DNA from: Trichoplax adhaerens
Lineage: Eukaryota > Animalia > Placozoa
Direction: 5' to 3'
Length of the DNA: 50,907 nucleotides
Assembly: GCF_000150275.1 (NCBI RefSeq)
Contig: NW_002060961.1
Span: forward strand, 897,153-948,059
A model generated the notes under the pieces. The model was not told the origin of the DNA, ran no database searches, and was given only the letters and a program-made list of their open reading frames with translations. Each line of letters opens with the position of its first letter. Position 1 is the stretch's first letter. Of the stretch, positions 27,119 to 39,376 are shown piece by piece. The translations under genes and the position numbers were made by a program.

Positions 27119-28354
27119 TTACTGTTGCGCATCTTTACCTCGAATTGGAGCAGGATGATACCGAAATTGTTGATTGGCATCAATGTCTTTTTTAAAATGA
27201 TGTCGGATATTTTTGGATTTATTTCGTACAGCATCAACATCGGTATATCGACGAAGTCGGAGATAAGATTTCTCTAAATTATCATACAGGGTAGCTATTT
27301 GAGGATGATTTGAACCCAAAATAGCGGATATTATAGTAATGGCTTTTTGGTCCATAATAGAGGCTTTTTCGAATTGATTTTTATAATAATAGATATTTGC
27401 TATGTTTTGATACAAGGCAGCAACATCAGTATGGCTCTCTCCAAATATATCTAATCTAATTTTAAGCGATTTCTCATACATCGAAAGCGCCTCATCAAAC
27501 ATCCCTCGAAGACGATAGACTATACCCATGTTGTAATACGAATCGGCGACACGAGGATGATGATCGCCAAGGATTTGGGTTAAAATTTGCAGTGATTTTT
27601 CATACAGCGATAGAGCATTGTCATGCTTTGTTTGGCTTGCACAGATTCTTGCCATATTATTATAGATAGCAGCCACATCAGGATGATTATTGCCGAATGC
27701 TTTCAATTTAAGACGAAGTGATTTTTCGTATAAGGAAAAAGCTTCATCAAATTTATGCTGTTTATGATAAATGCTTCCTATATTACTATATGACATAGCA
27801 ACATCCGGATGGTTATCGCCTAATACATTTAGCCTAATTTTAAGCGCTTTTTCGAACTTGCAGAGAGCATCATCAAATTTGCTCCAGTGAGCAAAGATGT
27901 TTCCGATTTTAGTATAGGAATTGGCCACATGGAGATTGTCGTCTTCCGAGTCCTGTAATTTTATTTCAAGGGATTTCGTATAATCACATAATGCTCCATT
28001 TTCGTTATGGTTTGATTTCTTGATATCACCTTGAATGTCTAAATATTGAGCTATTCGCACTTGATCTTGTATTTTAACGGCTAATTCTTGCATTTTTTGG
28101 CTAAATTCATCAGCTTTCACCAGCTCGCATTGCCTCAAGTAGATATTGGAAATGTGGAGGTAAATCTCGCATTGTAACTGTTGAAGGTCTTTACCTGGGT
28201 TAGACACAGTTTGAATTTGATCGAGAGTTTTAATATAGCAAGACAGAGCTTGTTGATGATTGTAGCTGTTATAATATTTTTGGCCCTTTTGGTATAAAGA
28301 TTGGATTGCCTTAATGACGGTACAACTTACGGATTGATTTGCTGTTTCATCCAT
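27119..28354 (-). CDS. Tetratricopeptide-repeat protein, paralogue of the 10.6-12.3 kb gene
   Basis: 411-aa ORF with 42-aa TPRs. It shares the N-terminal block QLQC.IYL.I..IY.RQ.E..KA..FS...QELA.K.QDQVRIA with the first TPR gene. The ATG directly follows a polypyrimidine-AG acceptor. A probable donor CGAG|gtaaag at 27139/27138 means the true C-terminus may be spliced. Confidence 0.9.
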   Translation of the reverse strand: MDETANQSVSCTVIKAIQSLYQKGQKYYNSYNHQQALSCYIKTLDQIQTVSNPGKDLQQLQCEIYLHISNIYLRQCELVKADEFSQKMQELAVKIQDQVRIAQYLDIQGDIKKSNHNENGALCDYTKSLEIKLQDSEDDNLHVANSYTKIGNIFAHWSKFDDALCKFEKALKIRLNVLGDNHPDVAMSYSNIGSIYHKQHKFDEAFSLYEKSLRLKLKAFGNNHPDVAAIYNNMARICASQTKHDNALSLYEKSLQILTQILGDHHPRVADSYYNMGIVYRLRGMFDEALSMYEKSLKIRLDIFGESHTDVAALYQNIANIYYYKNQFEKASIMDQKAITIISAILGSNHPQIATLYDNLEKSYLRLRRYTDVDAVRNKSKNIRHHFKKDIDANQQFRYHPAPIRGKDAQQ

Positions 28355-31300
28355 CTAGAAAGAGAAGATTGCTTACATCAAGCTTGTGTCGAACATAAAT
28401 GTTGCATACTGAAATAATACGCATATTATGAAAGATTATTTATTATGACTCCATGCGTGCTATATTATGGTGCTCTAGAGGGTTTAAATTTATGTCTTAC
28501 TGCATTCTTGATTAAGATTGAGCTAATATTTATCCAGTGCTAGGTTCGATTTCTACACTATACGGTAAAGGTCACTTAAAGGAGTAGTTGGTTATATCAT
28601 TGAAATGCTTGTTAATTTTTACATAGTTTATGATTCAATAGGTGTATTAAGGTGAAAGTAGTTTGTCTTATGATACTGTATTAATTTTAGGGAAACTATT
28701 GAACCTATCCGATTATGAATTCTTAATTTGCAAAGATTAATAAATAGTTTAGCTGTATTTCTAAACCTTTGAAGTACTTTGACCCTATATCAGACTTAAA
28801 TTCATCTTACATACCTCCCTAACCCTAACTCTTGCTTCGCTTACCGTAAATTTATGATCAACTTTAATAATCTAATCAGCTTTGAACTATATCTCAAGAT
28901 TGCTTAAGAGTAGTTCCTTGTAACATTAGCGAGATTAAATAACTTAAATAGCTGTTGACATTAATATAGTAGATCCTATATAAGAAGAGATATCTCATTT
29001 ATTGTGATGATTAAAATAGTGTTGTCGACTAAAAGTATATAAACAATGTAATTAGTTGTTATCTATGCTGTATTTGGAAAGATAGACGATTATATAGGAA
29101 CCATGGTGTTAGTAGAAGCTCCTATTGTATCAATTAGGAAGCTATAGTAACTTATAAGAGGACAGATGATGATTGCCAGCTGTGCATAAAGCGAGGTCTT
29201 TCTGTTAATAGTAAGTTCTTATCCTCCGTTAACATTAGACTTCCAGTAAATTGTTAAATAGCTATTATTATCCACCGATGTCTTCTTTGGATTTGAATTT
29301 TATTATATTCCTATACTGTTGTATCCTAACAGGAATGTTGGAATTATAGTTTCCCATTTGGTATAAAATAATACTACGTGTGTATAGTACCGCTATTACA
29401 GTAATTTTGGATTAAATTAATAATTAGTCAAGTTATTTTCAACATTTACGCGCAATTCCAAAATTGTTTAGTAATATTGGAACTCCAGAAAGTTTTGATG
29501 GTTCATTATACTATTTCATTAGTATATTGTAGAATAGTTTATATGGATACACCTACCACTGACATTTTACCAATTTTGGGTGATTTATTTATCAATCAGG
29601 TCGGTTTTAGGTTTCTACAGTAAGATCGATTGCTCGTATTTGCATTCCTAACAATTTTGAGGCGCAGTATGATTTTGGCTTTGCAAAAAGTAATTTATTA
29701 CATGTGCCACTGATACTTGATTGCTTCTTATTACGAATCTACTTTGAGCTAAAGGTAGTCTCATCCTACTTTTATTTTATTAAGTTCAGAGAATTTATTA
29801 ATCTCATGAGTCATCGCTTTATATAGCGTTAATGAATCTTAAATAAGAAGAACAGTAATGTTCACTGTCCCTGCTTCGTTATTTAGGGTATTTAATTAAT
29901 TAAATTAATTTCAATATTCATATTGAAAAGACTACTTGGTTGTACTAGTATCCTTGTCATCCTTTTCGTACCATACCCTGTAACTATTTACTGTATATTG
30001 CCATAATTTCGATACATATAGCCACTATCGCTATTGTATTGATTTTTGATAGTTCGCTAATCAAGCCATTTAAGTATCTATCTCGAACAGTTCGCTTAAT
30101 AATTATAGTATTTCTAACAGTTTGAGAAGCTCTATAACTACTGTTCTGACAAAGTAAACGGTAGTTTAGCTATATAATCGTACTTTTATTAATTTAGAGA
30201 ATTTTAAATTCAATTAGCTTTATTCGTAAAGATTAATACACTATAGTGATAATTTTGTTATACTTTATTCTAGACTTTAAGTTTTCTTATTCTACCTCTC
30301 TTTCATTGAATTCTGGCGCCGGCAATGATCAATTAGATGAATTTCCGTTTTGAGTTGCCAAGGCTACTTAAAATATTTAAGTAATATCCTTAATAACTTT
30401 TCTAGATACCGTATAATTTCACATATGCTCAAAAGAATATAGGAAATATTACATATTTCCACTGAGTCATTAATTTAGAATAATTAGAGTATTAATCAGG
30501 ACAGTTGCAATTTTAAAGACTGCCGAACTGTTACTGTATTTGTCTCGCTGAATTTAGATTTATCGACGAATTTTTTAAAGATTTTGACTTGGCGTTGGCT
30601 CAAGATTATACTGTATAATCTATGTATTACTACTGCTTCGCTGATTTAGGGTCATTATTGATAAAATTTGCTTTAATTCTTATATTGTATTTGAACAGGT
30701 ATCAAGAAGCGAAACTATTTAGTAGGATAGTCTCCTTGTCTATTGTTTATAATGCTGATTAAAATATTACGCTATCGTCAAGCGATATTCATATAAATTT
30801 AAAACGATGAAAGGTCAAATTCTGATGAAAATAAAATAAAATAAAGGATTTAAAGCTAAAACTGAAGCTAGCTGAACCTAAATTTCTTATTCAGTTTAAA
30901 TTATACTAGATCAATTATCATTTAAGTACTATTCATAGGATTAATATCAATTAATAATAAAGTATATAAAATGGAATTATAGCTACAATTTGCAGTTTTA
31001 CTAGTATTATTGAAACTTACATCCAGTCATGCGTATAATTTTAGCTGGCGCTGATCACCATTAAACACTACTTCAAATTGGATATGAAATTAATAAAATA
31101 TTTAGGTTCGGATGAAATAAAAATTTTAACAGCAATTTGACCCACATTCAGCTAATAGTTAATTGTTTATTCCGGGAATATGAGTAATTCTGTCAAAGAT
31201 TACTTCTTCAAATTTGAAAATTTATGTCGCTTTCCAGAGTATTTAAAATTAGCTGAAATGGGAATTACTTGGTTAAATGTTAGAAATCAGATCTGACGAA

Positions 31301-33639
31301 AAATGGCTTATACTCCTAGAATTCTGGAAGAGTAGACACTAGATTAATGTAAAAGTTATCATTGCCTTGCAAAATTAAATACTGCTAGCGGATACTATTA
31401 GGATAAAGTCGTAAATCCGGAAAATCTATGACATTTTAACTCAGAGTATATCACGTTTGGGGTGTTATCACAATCATTAATAATTCAACAGAGTAGGAGT
31501 CATTCTTTTACAATTTTAAGTTTATATACCCTAAGCTTGTGAGTGTTCAAACCCAATATAGTTACTTCTTATCATAACGATGGCTAGGATTAAGATACTT
31601 TTTATTAATCATCAGGATACGATTAGAAATGATTTATATGAAGGATGAAATAAATCAAACTATAAAAAAATAACAGAATAAACACTGCTTAAAGTAGATT
31701 AAGATTTGTTTAGAAATTATTTTGATGTATAGTGTACAGAATAAGCTATACTTTTTGATTACGTTGTCTGTGAAGTTTTAAACTCAGATTTACAGTATTA
31801 GTACTTGAATGTATGCCTATTAGATAGAAGGTAAAGTCAAAACAAGAAGTATACTTAACATCAAGACTTATTAGTGATATTTTACAGTAGTTGTGTATGC
31901 ATATATGACGGAAATAAAAGATAGAAGAAGTAAAATTAATTAAATGATCTTGTTTACACTTAATTATACTTACTTCAAGGTTAGTCATAAGGGTACAGAT
32001 TATGGAATGAGCTACAAAATCTAGCTATACTTTATGTGAAATTCTAATGGTGGAGGTTTAACGATAATAAATAAGATCAACGACTGTAATGATACTGCTA
32101 TAAATAGATTATGCTGATTTCGAGATTATTCGCAATAGTGCAGAAAATAATATGAGTTGATGATTTCTGTCATATTTTTAGTGAAATATTTTTAGAAGAG
32201 ATTTTACAGTACTAGTGGTTGCATATGGGACCGATATAAAAGGGTAACGTAAATCAAAATAAAGAAAAAGTTGTATTTTCGCGTATGTGAAGAACATTTT
32301 ATGACTGCTCAAAGTATAGAATGAGCCATAATAGTAAGCGTAGCTGTGGTTTATACAAAATCTCGACCAAGTTTTTATAGTATTTTATGCTGACACGAAA
32401 TAGTAAAAAAAGTCGAAATAAAAAATGTGTATGTTTAAACTTAGACTTTTGCATATTGATACAGCTTATAAAATATACCATAGATTGAGTCTGCTTTCTA
32501 CGAAATTTGGGCAAAGATTCTAAAGTATTATCATTTTCATAAATATAATGAACTGATAAAATTAGGTAGAAAATATTACGGCTTAAGCGATGTCAATTAT
32601 AAGAAGATTTTTAATGAATTTATAGTCAATTTTGTATTGTAGCTAAATGCTTTCGTGAAGAGAGTTGAAAAAATTTGGTTGCAGACTATTTCTAAATTTA
32701 AAGAGTTTAAAATTACTCCAAAATCATTCCTAATATCATTTAGTGATATTAGTAACACACCTGATTATAAACCTATTTTGGTTTGTAATTTCTTTTAGAA
32801 AAAGATCTCCATCGCAGACTGTTTTCTATATAGTCAACTGCTATATAGATTCCTGCTTATGATATTCCGATTCAAAATAACGAAGTTTTCCTTTTAATAG
32901 CCGCAGCAATATTGATTAGCCCAAATTCCCTAATGGATAAATCGATATAGATAAATTGGCTTGGAATTAGAGTGTGAAAAATGAAGCGATTTTCTCTTTT
33001 AATCGTTTTTTTACAACTATCATTGAATGATGAAAACGTGTAATAATTGCTAAAATGTCATTTATACCGTTAATTAATGTGAAAGTTGCGTAACTGCATG
33101 TATGGATTATTAATTACTTCATATATTGTCGAGGTTCAATTATCTAATGCAGGTATTGTGTCTTTTTGTACTTTAGAATATAAATTATAAAATAACTGTA
33201 CCAAAGAGTTGTTCTAAATCCGTCGACTATTGAATAGACTCAAGAAATTAATGCTATTAATGCATTGATCATGTAGAGTCTTTAAAATGCTTTATTCTTT
33301 CATTTAGAAGCCTATTTGATCTATTTCTAAGGCTAGTATTGATTAAAATACATTAATTTAAAAATACTGTTAGCAAGAAAGTATTGTTATTTAAACAATA
33401 ATTGACGTCGAATAATTACTTATAAAATGCCCTTTTGAAGACATTACTTTCACAATCTGCTATATTAAGCATTGAATTATTCATGATTTATGATGATGAT
33501 GGTCGTTGTTATATCCACTTAAAATGACGGTAGTATTCGCTCTTATACTAATATTATAAATATTAGTATTAATGTACCATAAATAATACTAATCTATGTA
33601 GGCATGCATACATACTAATATAATACTAGCTAACTAACT

Positions 33640-36365
33640 AGTTGAAGGGAAACTTTTTTGGAGTGGTCTGTCCTGATAGTGCAATGACAAATAGTACACT
33701 GACAATAAGCTGAGCAAAATGTCTCTCGATCACCGTACTCAATATTCAACAAAGTTATACCGACACAGATGATGATTTTTTGCGTTGTTATCTTGTGAAA
33801 CAGCCTAGACTCTTGTTCGATATGCTATCTCACGTTACGAACATTTCTATATGTTTAACGGCTGTGGTAGATAGTAGTAATCCATGAATGTTATTCCTCG
33901 TCAATGTTATAGATGTGTTCTGACAGCTTCCGGGTGATAGAAACTGGTAGCTGATCAATATATATGTATGACAATATGCACGCGGCTCATATCGAATATA
34001 AAGCCGATCCGATACCAGATATTCTTCAAAATTAAACTGCATATCGTATGATGGAAGTATTGAAGAAATATAATACTCGCGTTCTGCTCGGCTTTCTTTG
34101 CTTACATATTTCTCGTATATTACATGATAATCTATCATTAAATTGATCATTATTTCTTTCATATTGCTATTCAAATGAAATTGATGAAGTATACAATTAA
34201 TTAAGTTTCTTGATATTATTTCTTGACCGAGTGGCTTTTTCATATTTGAATCGTATATTACAACTATCAGCTGGACAGTTTTTTAATAATATTACATTTC
34301 ATAGTAAGCTTACTAGCCAAGTAACATCAGTTATAACGATTGATTGATTAATTAGCGCTTGATAAAATAATAAAGTATTCTAACATAGATATTAGATCAT
34401 CGTCACTTTCGTATAATGCATATTGTTCAGCTAATTGTTTTATTTCTTGTATTGTCATCATTTTATTAAGTTTATTAGTTCTGTCTTGGGTAATTAGTGA
34501 TGTTGTTGAAGACCTTACTTGACTAGCAGGTATATGCAATATTGCAGCCATCATACAGCCATCGAATAGGAATACAACCTTACAAATGCGATTTTGATTC
34601 AATAAATTATTCAATAATGCGATTTAGATGATAACAACACAGTTTACGTTGAGTATCTGTAGAAGTAGTGTTATCTTCTCCATTGTAATTAAAATTAATT
34701 GTAGAAGAATAAATATCATTCTTATAGGAAGGTATTTGAGCTATTCTTCTTCTAATTCACAAAATCGACTGTTTCGTTCCTCTTCACTTTCGATACAATC
34801 TGCATGAGTACCGACTAAAATGAAGATAGCTGATCGATATTTTACTGGATCGTCCTTGATAGTTATCAGGATCTTGGTCAGTATTACTACGAGTAATAGC
34901 AGTGAACCATTCTTGTATAGACTGTGAGTATGCCATCTTCCTTATTGAGTCATTTTTGTATTAAAAGCTTGATTAATATTTTGAATTATAACAAATAGAA
35001 GAATATATATACAGTTATTACCAGACGTGAATAAAGTAGCAGGATAGATGGGATAACCGCGGAAATCTACTATTTTAGCATACCGAATATGTTGTATATA
35101 AAAGATTGTTCAATTTTTACTAAGCAAATATTTTGATAGTTGATGACTTCCCGATAAGTGGAGGACCAATGAATCTAACTTGTGTTAAATTATTATGCGT
35201 AAGTTGTTTCTGTTCGATTTTAAATGTCTGAATGCAGTAGTTTTCAATCAATAACGCAAAGAGCGTTGTAATTTTGAATGATAATGACGATAATTGATTA
35301 AAGGAATAAAAGACTATTTTAAACTGATTAAAGTCTGAAATTAAAATAAGTCGGAGTTGGGGATTTTCAATTTACCTTTTTAATCATGTTGTAAAATCAG
35401 GTGTTTTACTTGTAGAAAAATAAGTAATAGAATAACATATTATGATTTTGAATTACTGATCGATTTATACTAGAAAAAGTAGTGTACTGTACTCATAAAT
35501 TATGAGTTACAATGTATTAAATCTTTATTATGGACAGCTAACTAATTTATCTTACTCGTCGCTAATGGATGGCGCACATTCTATGTTTGATGACTTTAAC
35601 GATTGCGTTGAATTGAGAGCCTTGTGTAATAAAGATTAACACAGTCTATAGTACTGTACATAATATGCAAACTGGTATAATACAGACGTAGAAAATACCT
35701 GAGATGGATCAATCGCATCTCAAATAATTTAAGGCGCAATCTTTGGTGCAATCAATTGCTTCCAAGCCTTTTCTATAGTTTAATTAGTGTCGATAAGTCT
35801 ATCATATCGTAAACCACTAATCTTGAAATTTGAAGGAATATATAATAGATTGCTTTTGAACGAGAAGATATACAAATTAAATTAGTATTATAGTATACCC
35901 TGTACTGCTAGTGATTGATCGTATCTATTTTGATGTAGTTTACTGCGAAAAATGATTGATTTATGTTGGATAACTGCTGCATCGTCATGTCGATGTTGTT
36001 GGCTACAGCAGTTGAGCATACAATCGTACAAGATAGCGATGTTGGAATGATTTTCTCCTAGCAGATTAACTAAAATAGTAATTGCTGCTTAATATGTAGA
36101 GTAGAGATAGCCTGATCATAATATGTATCGGTCACTTTTTGATTTAGATCAGCTAAGTGTTGGTGATTCTTTCCAACTAATCGCAGTTGAATTTTAAGAG
36201 ATATTTCATATCGAGAAAGAGCATCCATGTATCTACAGTATTTTCTATAAGCGCTACCCAAGCTGTTCTATAGCATAGCTATATCGAAATGAAAGTCGTC
36301 AAGAACTGATAATTTAATTTCCGAAGATTTCTGATACAGTTGTAGAGCATCGTTGTGCTTGCCTT
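33640..36365 (-). pseudogene. Decayed TPR-Roc-COR (ROCO family) gene
   Basis: TPR remnants at 35800-36363 include an in-frame stop (GKHNDALQLYQKSSEIKLSVLDDFHFDIAML*NSLG). Roc motifs: P-loop GPPLIGKS (35144-35167), G3 DFRG (35056-35067), SIQEWFTAI, and G4 ILVGTHAD (about 34798-34821). COR-like TIQEIKQLAEQY...LISMLEYF and LMIDYHVI...YYISSILP follow. There are multiple frameshifts and stops. Confidence 0.85.
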
Positions 36366-36634
36366 AATAGTTCTAAAAACTTCCTGCATGGTGGTTATCC
36401 ATCATCTAGTATTGACTTTAGGCAAATCTCTATTCTTAGTCACCCAACTGTATCCAATAGAGCTGTGGTTCTCATCGACTATGAGATGCATCACTACACT
36501 ATGGCCTACTCCTTTATTGGAGTAGGCCACCGCATAGCCCATGAGGAATCCGTCGATACAGCTAAAATGTCAGGCAACGACTCAAGATAAAACTCTTCAC
36601 TCTAAGCCTAAATCCAAGACAGTCCTTCTCCAAT

Positions 36635-37290
36635 CAATTTGGCATCGCCATTTTTGGATGTACAATTGGTTGTAGTGTCGTTGCTAGACGACGTGATTGA
36701 ACCATCCATCCAGTCGTCCATGGTTAAGCATTGCATAATGCATATTGCATAATGCATACTGTAGTACAGTACTGAATACTGTAGACTGTACTGTACTGTA
36801 AGACGTACTGTACGTTGATGGCGGTAAACGTGCGTTCAAACGTTGATCTGCAACAACGTTGACAGCTCCCATTCTGGCCAAGTTTGTTCTTGTTCTCGAC
36901 CATGCACTCTAACCATCGGCCCACCAATTTGGCATGCCAATTTTTTGTTGTACAATTGCTTGTAGTGTAGTTTGCTTGACGACATTATTCAAGCATGCAG
37001 TCCTGTATGCAATGGTTAGCCATTGCATGCTGTACAGTGTACAGTACAGTAGTACTGTACAGTAGTACTGTACAGTAAACTACTGTACAGTACACTACAG
37101 CATACTGTACTGTAGACTGTAGACTGTAGACTGGACGTGCTGGACGGATCCCATACAGTACTGTACGACCGACGTACGCTGATGCCGATGAACGTGCGTT
37201 CAAACGCTGACCTGCACAACGTTGACGGCTCCCATTGTGGCCAAGGTTGTTATTGTTCTGGACATCGTAGACTAACCATCGGCCCATTGG
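36635..37290. repeat. Diverged tandem duplication (period about 290 bp) upstream of SOD1, containing TACAG/TACTG patches
   Basis: caatttggcat..ccattttt.g.tgtacaattg.ttgtagtgt...aacgtgcgttcaaacg.tga.ctgca...gctcccatt.tggccaag...taaccatcggccca occurs at about 36635-36925 and 36925-37286. Confidence 0.85.
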
Positions 37291-37371
37291 GCCCGAAGTC
37301 AATTTTTCAACCTTGCCTTGGCTATCTCCTCCGCTTGGATTGTAACCATCGGCCCACTGGGCCCGAAGTCA
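37273..37371 (+). promoter_or_regulatory. Candidate SOD1 proximal promoter element: two copies of taaccatcggccca(t/c)tgggcccgaagtca
   Basis: A 29-bp direct repeat at 37273 and 37343, each copy with an internal GGCCCA-N-TGGGCC palindrome, 95-190 bp upstream of the SOD1 ATG. A half-site lies at 36910. Function is inferred from position only. Confidence 0.4.
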
Positions 37372-37464
37372 TTTTTGCAAACTCTTGTTGGTGTTTACTC
37401 GTTGGCATCGATTATTGCAATTTTTGGACTTCAAGTTACTTCTTCCAACTCAAGTAATAGCGAT

Positions 37465-39376
37465 ATGGCGTTAAAAGCAGTCTGTTGTTTACAAGGACCT
37501 GTTGTCAGTGGTACTATCTTTTTCCAACAAGAGGTAAGGATTGCATAATGGAGAGGCAGCCAAGATGGGCTGCAAGGTGTGTGTGCCTTGTTGTTGACCG
37601 CCACATCAGCATGGTGTTGCAGCCTCGTTTCTTCTTCATATCCGCATTGCAATAAACGATCTAGAAATGCTCTATCTGGTTCTACCATTGATTTTTTCTT
37701 CAAACACATCCAACGTTGCTCATTTCTACCCCTTTTTCCAACAAGTTTACATGTGCTGATATTGCAAAAATATCAGTACTACAGTCCTTGATCTCTTTGT
37801 GCCAGTGCCAATTTTTTCTGTCGTCCTCATCTTGTTTGGACTTCATTTTCCCAATGGCTTGGACTCTTGCTACCGCCGTGCTAAGATACTAGCGGATGCC
37901 GTAAAAACAAATAACATCTCATGTTACTGTCTTGATAACATGCAAGAAAAGTACAGTACAACTCTTCACTTGTCTACAGGCTATTGGCACCCTACCTCTT
38001 TTCTATTTTGACCCCTTTCAAGTGTGCTCGATCTGCACAGCACAAAACAAGGCACAACTTGCAAAGTAATCAAGCACTCGTACCGATCAGATCCATTTCA
38101 CACCGACTTCTTTTCCCTTCTTTCACCATTCCACTCATCGTCCAACAACTTCTTGCGATGCTCTTATACGTCGTGTACTATCAAAACGATTCCACCCAAA
38201 TGGGTGATCCGTCTATGTACAATACTAAACTTTCAACACTATACACAAAACTTCATTTCCGCCACAAAAGAGCCCAAAAGTCCCAGTGCTAATAATAATA
38301 CCATGATAAGCCTCCACAGTAGTATACATTGGCGGGCTTTAGCTTTACCTTCATGTCTAATCAAATTATGTTCGGATAAACATGCTTCACTTTTTTGATA
38401 TCACTCTCTTACCTACGCCAACAGTATTCATGGTTGACATGATTTAAAACACTTTCTCAATGATTGTAGAATGAATTGTCATTTTTATGCCATATTTCAT
38501 AATTAGAGCGGCACAGGGCCAATCCGCATCTCTGGTGAAGTCAAAGGTTTAGCACCTGGAAAGCATGGCTTCCACGTTCATGAATTTGGCGATAACACGC
38601 AAGGTAAAATACATAGCTCCTATCAGTCTCGTCGTCCAATGATTAACCCACATTGACAACGATGGCTGAGAAAATAGATTAGTTTCAAGTCGCGGTCAAG
38701 TATACTAGTAGCTTTAGCTTGGGTTATGTTAGGCTGTTTGTGATATTCACCAAGGGTCCAAGTCATGTAATATTTTGAACCAAAATTGTTACATCAAGGT
38801 TGTACAAGTGCCGGAGGTCATTATAACCCTCATAAAAAGGTACATGGTGCGCCAGGGGATGAAATCAGGTTAGTTTATGCAAAAGTATGGACAACATACA
38901 AGGCTGACTTTGCTATAATTATGTTATGGTGAATACAATTGAATATCACCATCTTGACATTATTGTAAATCTATTTTCATGGGATAGCATTGTTGACTTA
39001 CTCATGACTAACTCACAAGACATTTCATATCAATAGACATGTTGGTGATCTCGGCAACATCGAAGCTAATGAACAAGGAGTAGCAAGTATTAATATGACT
39101 GATAGAATGGTGACATTAACTGGACCATATTCATGCATCGGCAGAACTATTGTTGTAAGTGGATGGCGCACATCGTTGATCAACTATCTTTATTATCGTA
39201 TCATCGGAGATTGTCAATCACTAACAAAATGCTCTTTCTCTTTTTTTCACAAAACAACCGATTAGGTCCACGAAGGTGTCGACGATTTAGGAAAAGGTGG
39301 TCATGAATTGAGTTTAACTACGGGTAACGCTGGTGCTCGTGTTGCTTGTGGAGTTATTGGTATTACCAAATGTTAA
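37465..39376 (+). CDS. SOD1: Cu/Zn superoxide dismutase, cytosolic, 5 exons, 154 aa
   Basis: Exons 37465-37533, 38507-38603, 38799-38868, 39037-39154 and 39266-39376. Peptides [64 protein letters not shown] and [13 protein letters not shown] carry all metal ligands and the disulfide cysteines. AATAAA at 39443. Confidence 0.98.

Noticed and set aside
28400-33600. Short ORFs at 31746 and 32299 and scattered splice-like sites
   Set aside because: AT-rich intergenic sequence with no recognisable coding signal.
36965-37968. The 1-kb repeat as a transposable element
   Set aside because: It contains SOD1 exon 1 and shows no terminal repeats or transposase, so it is a segmental copy.
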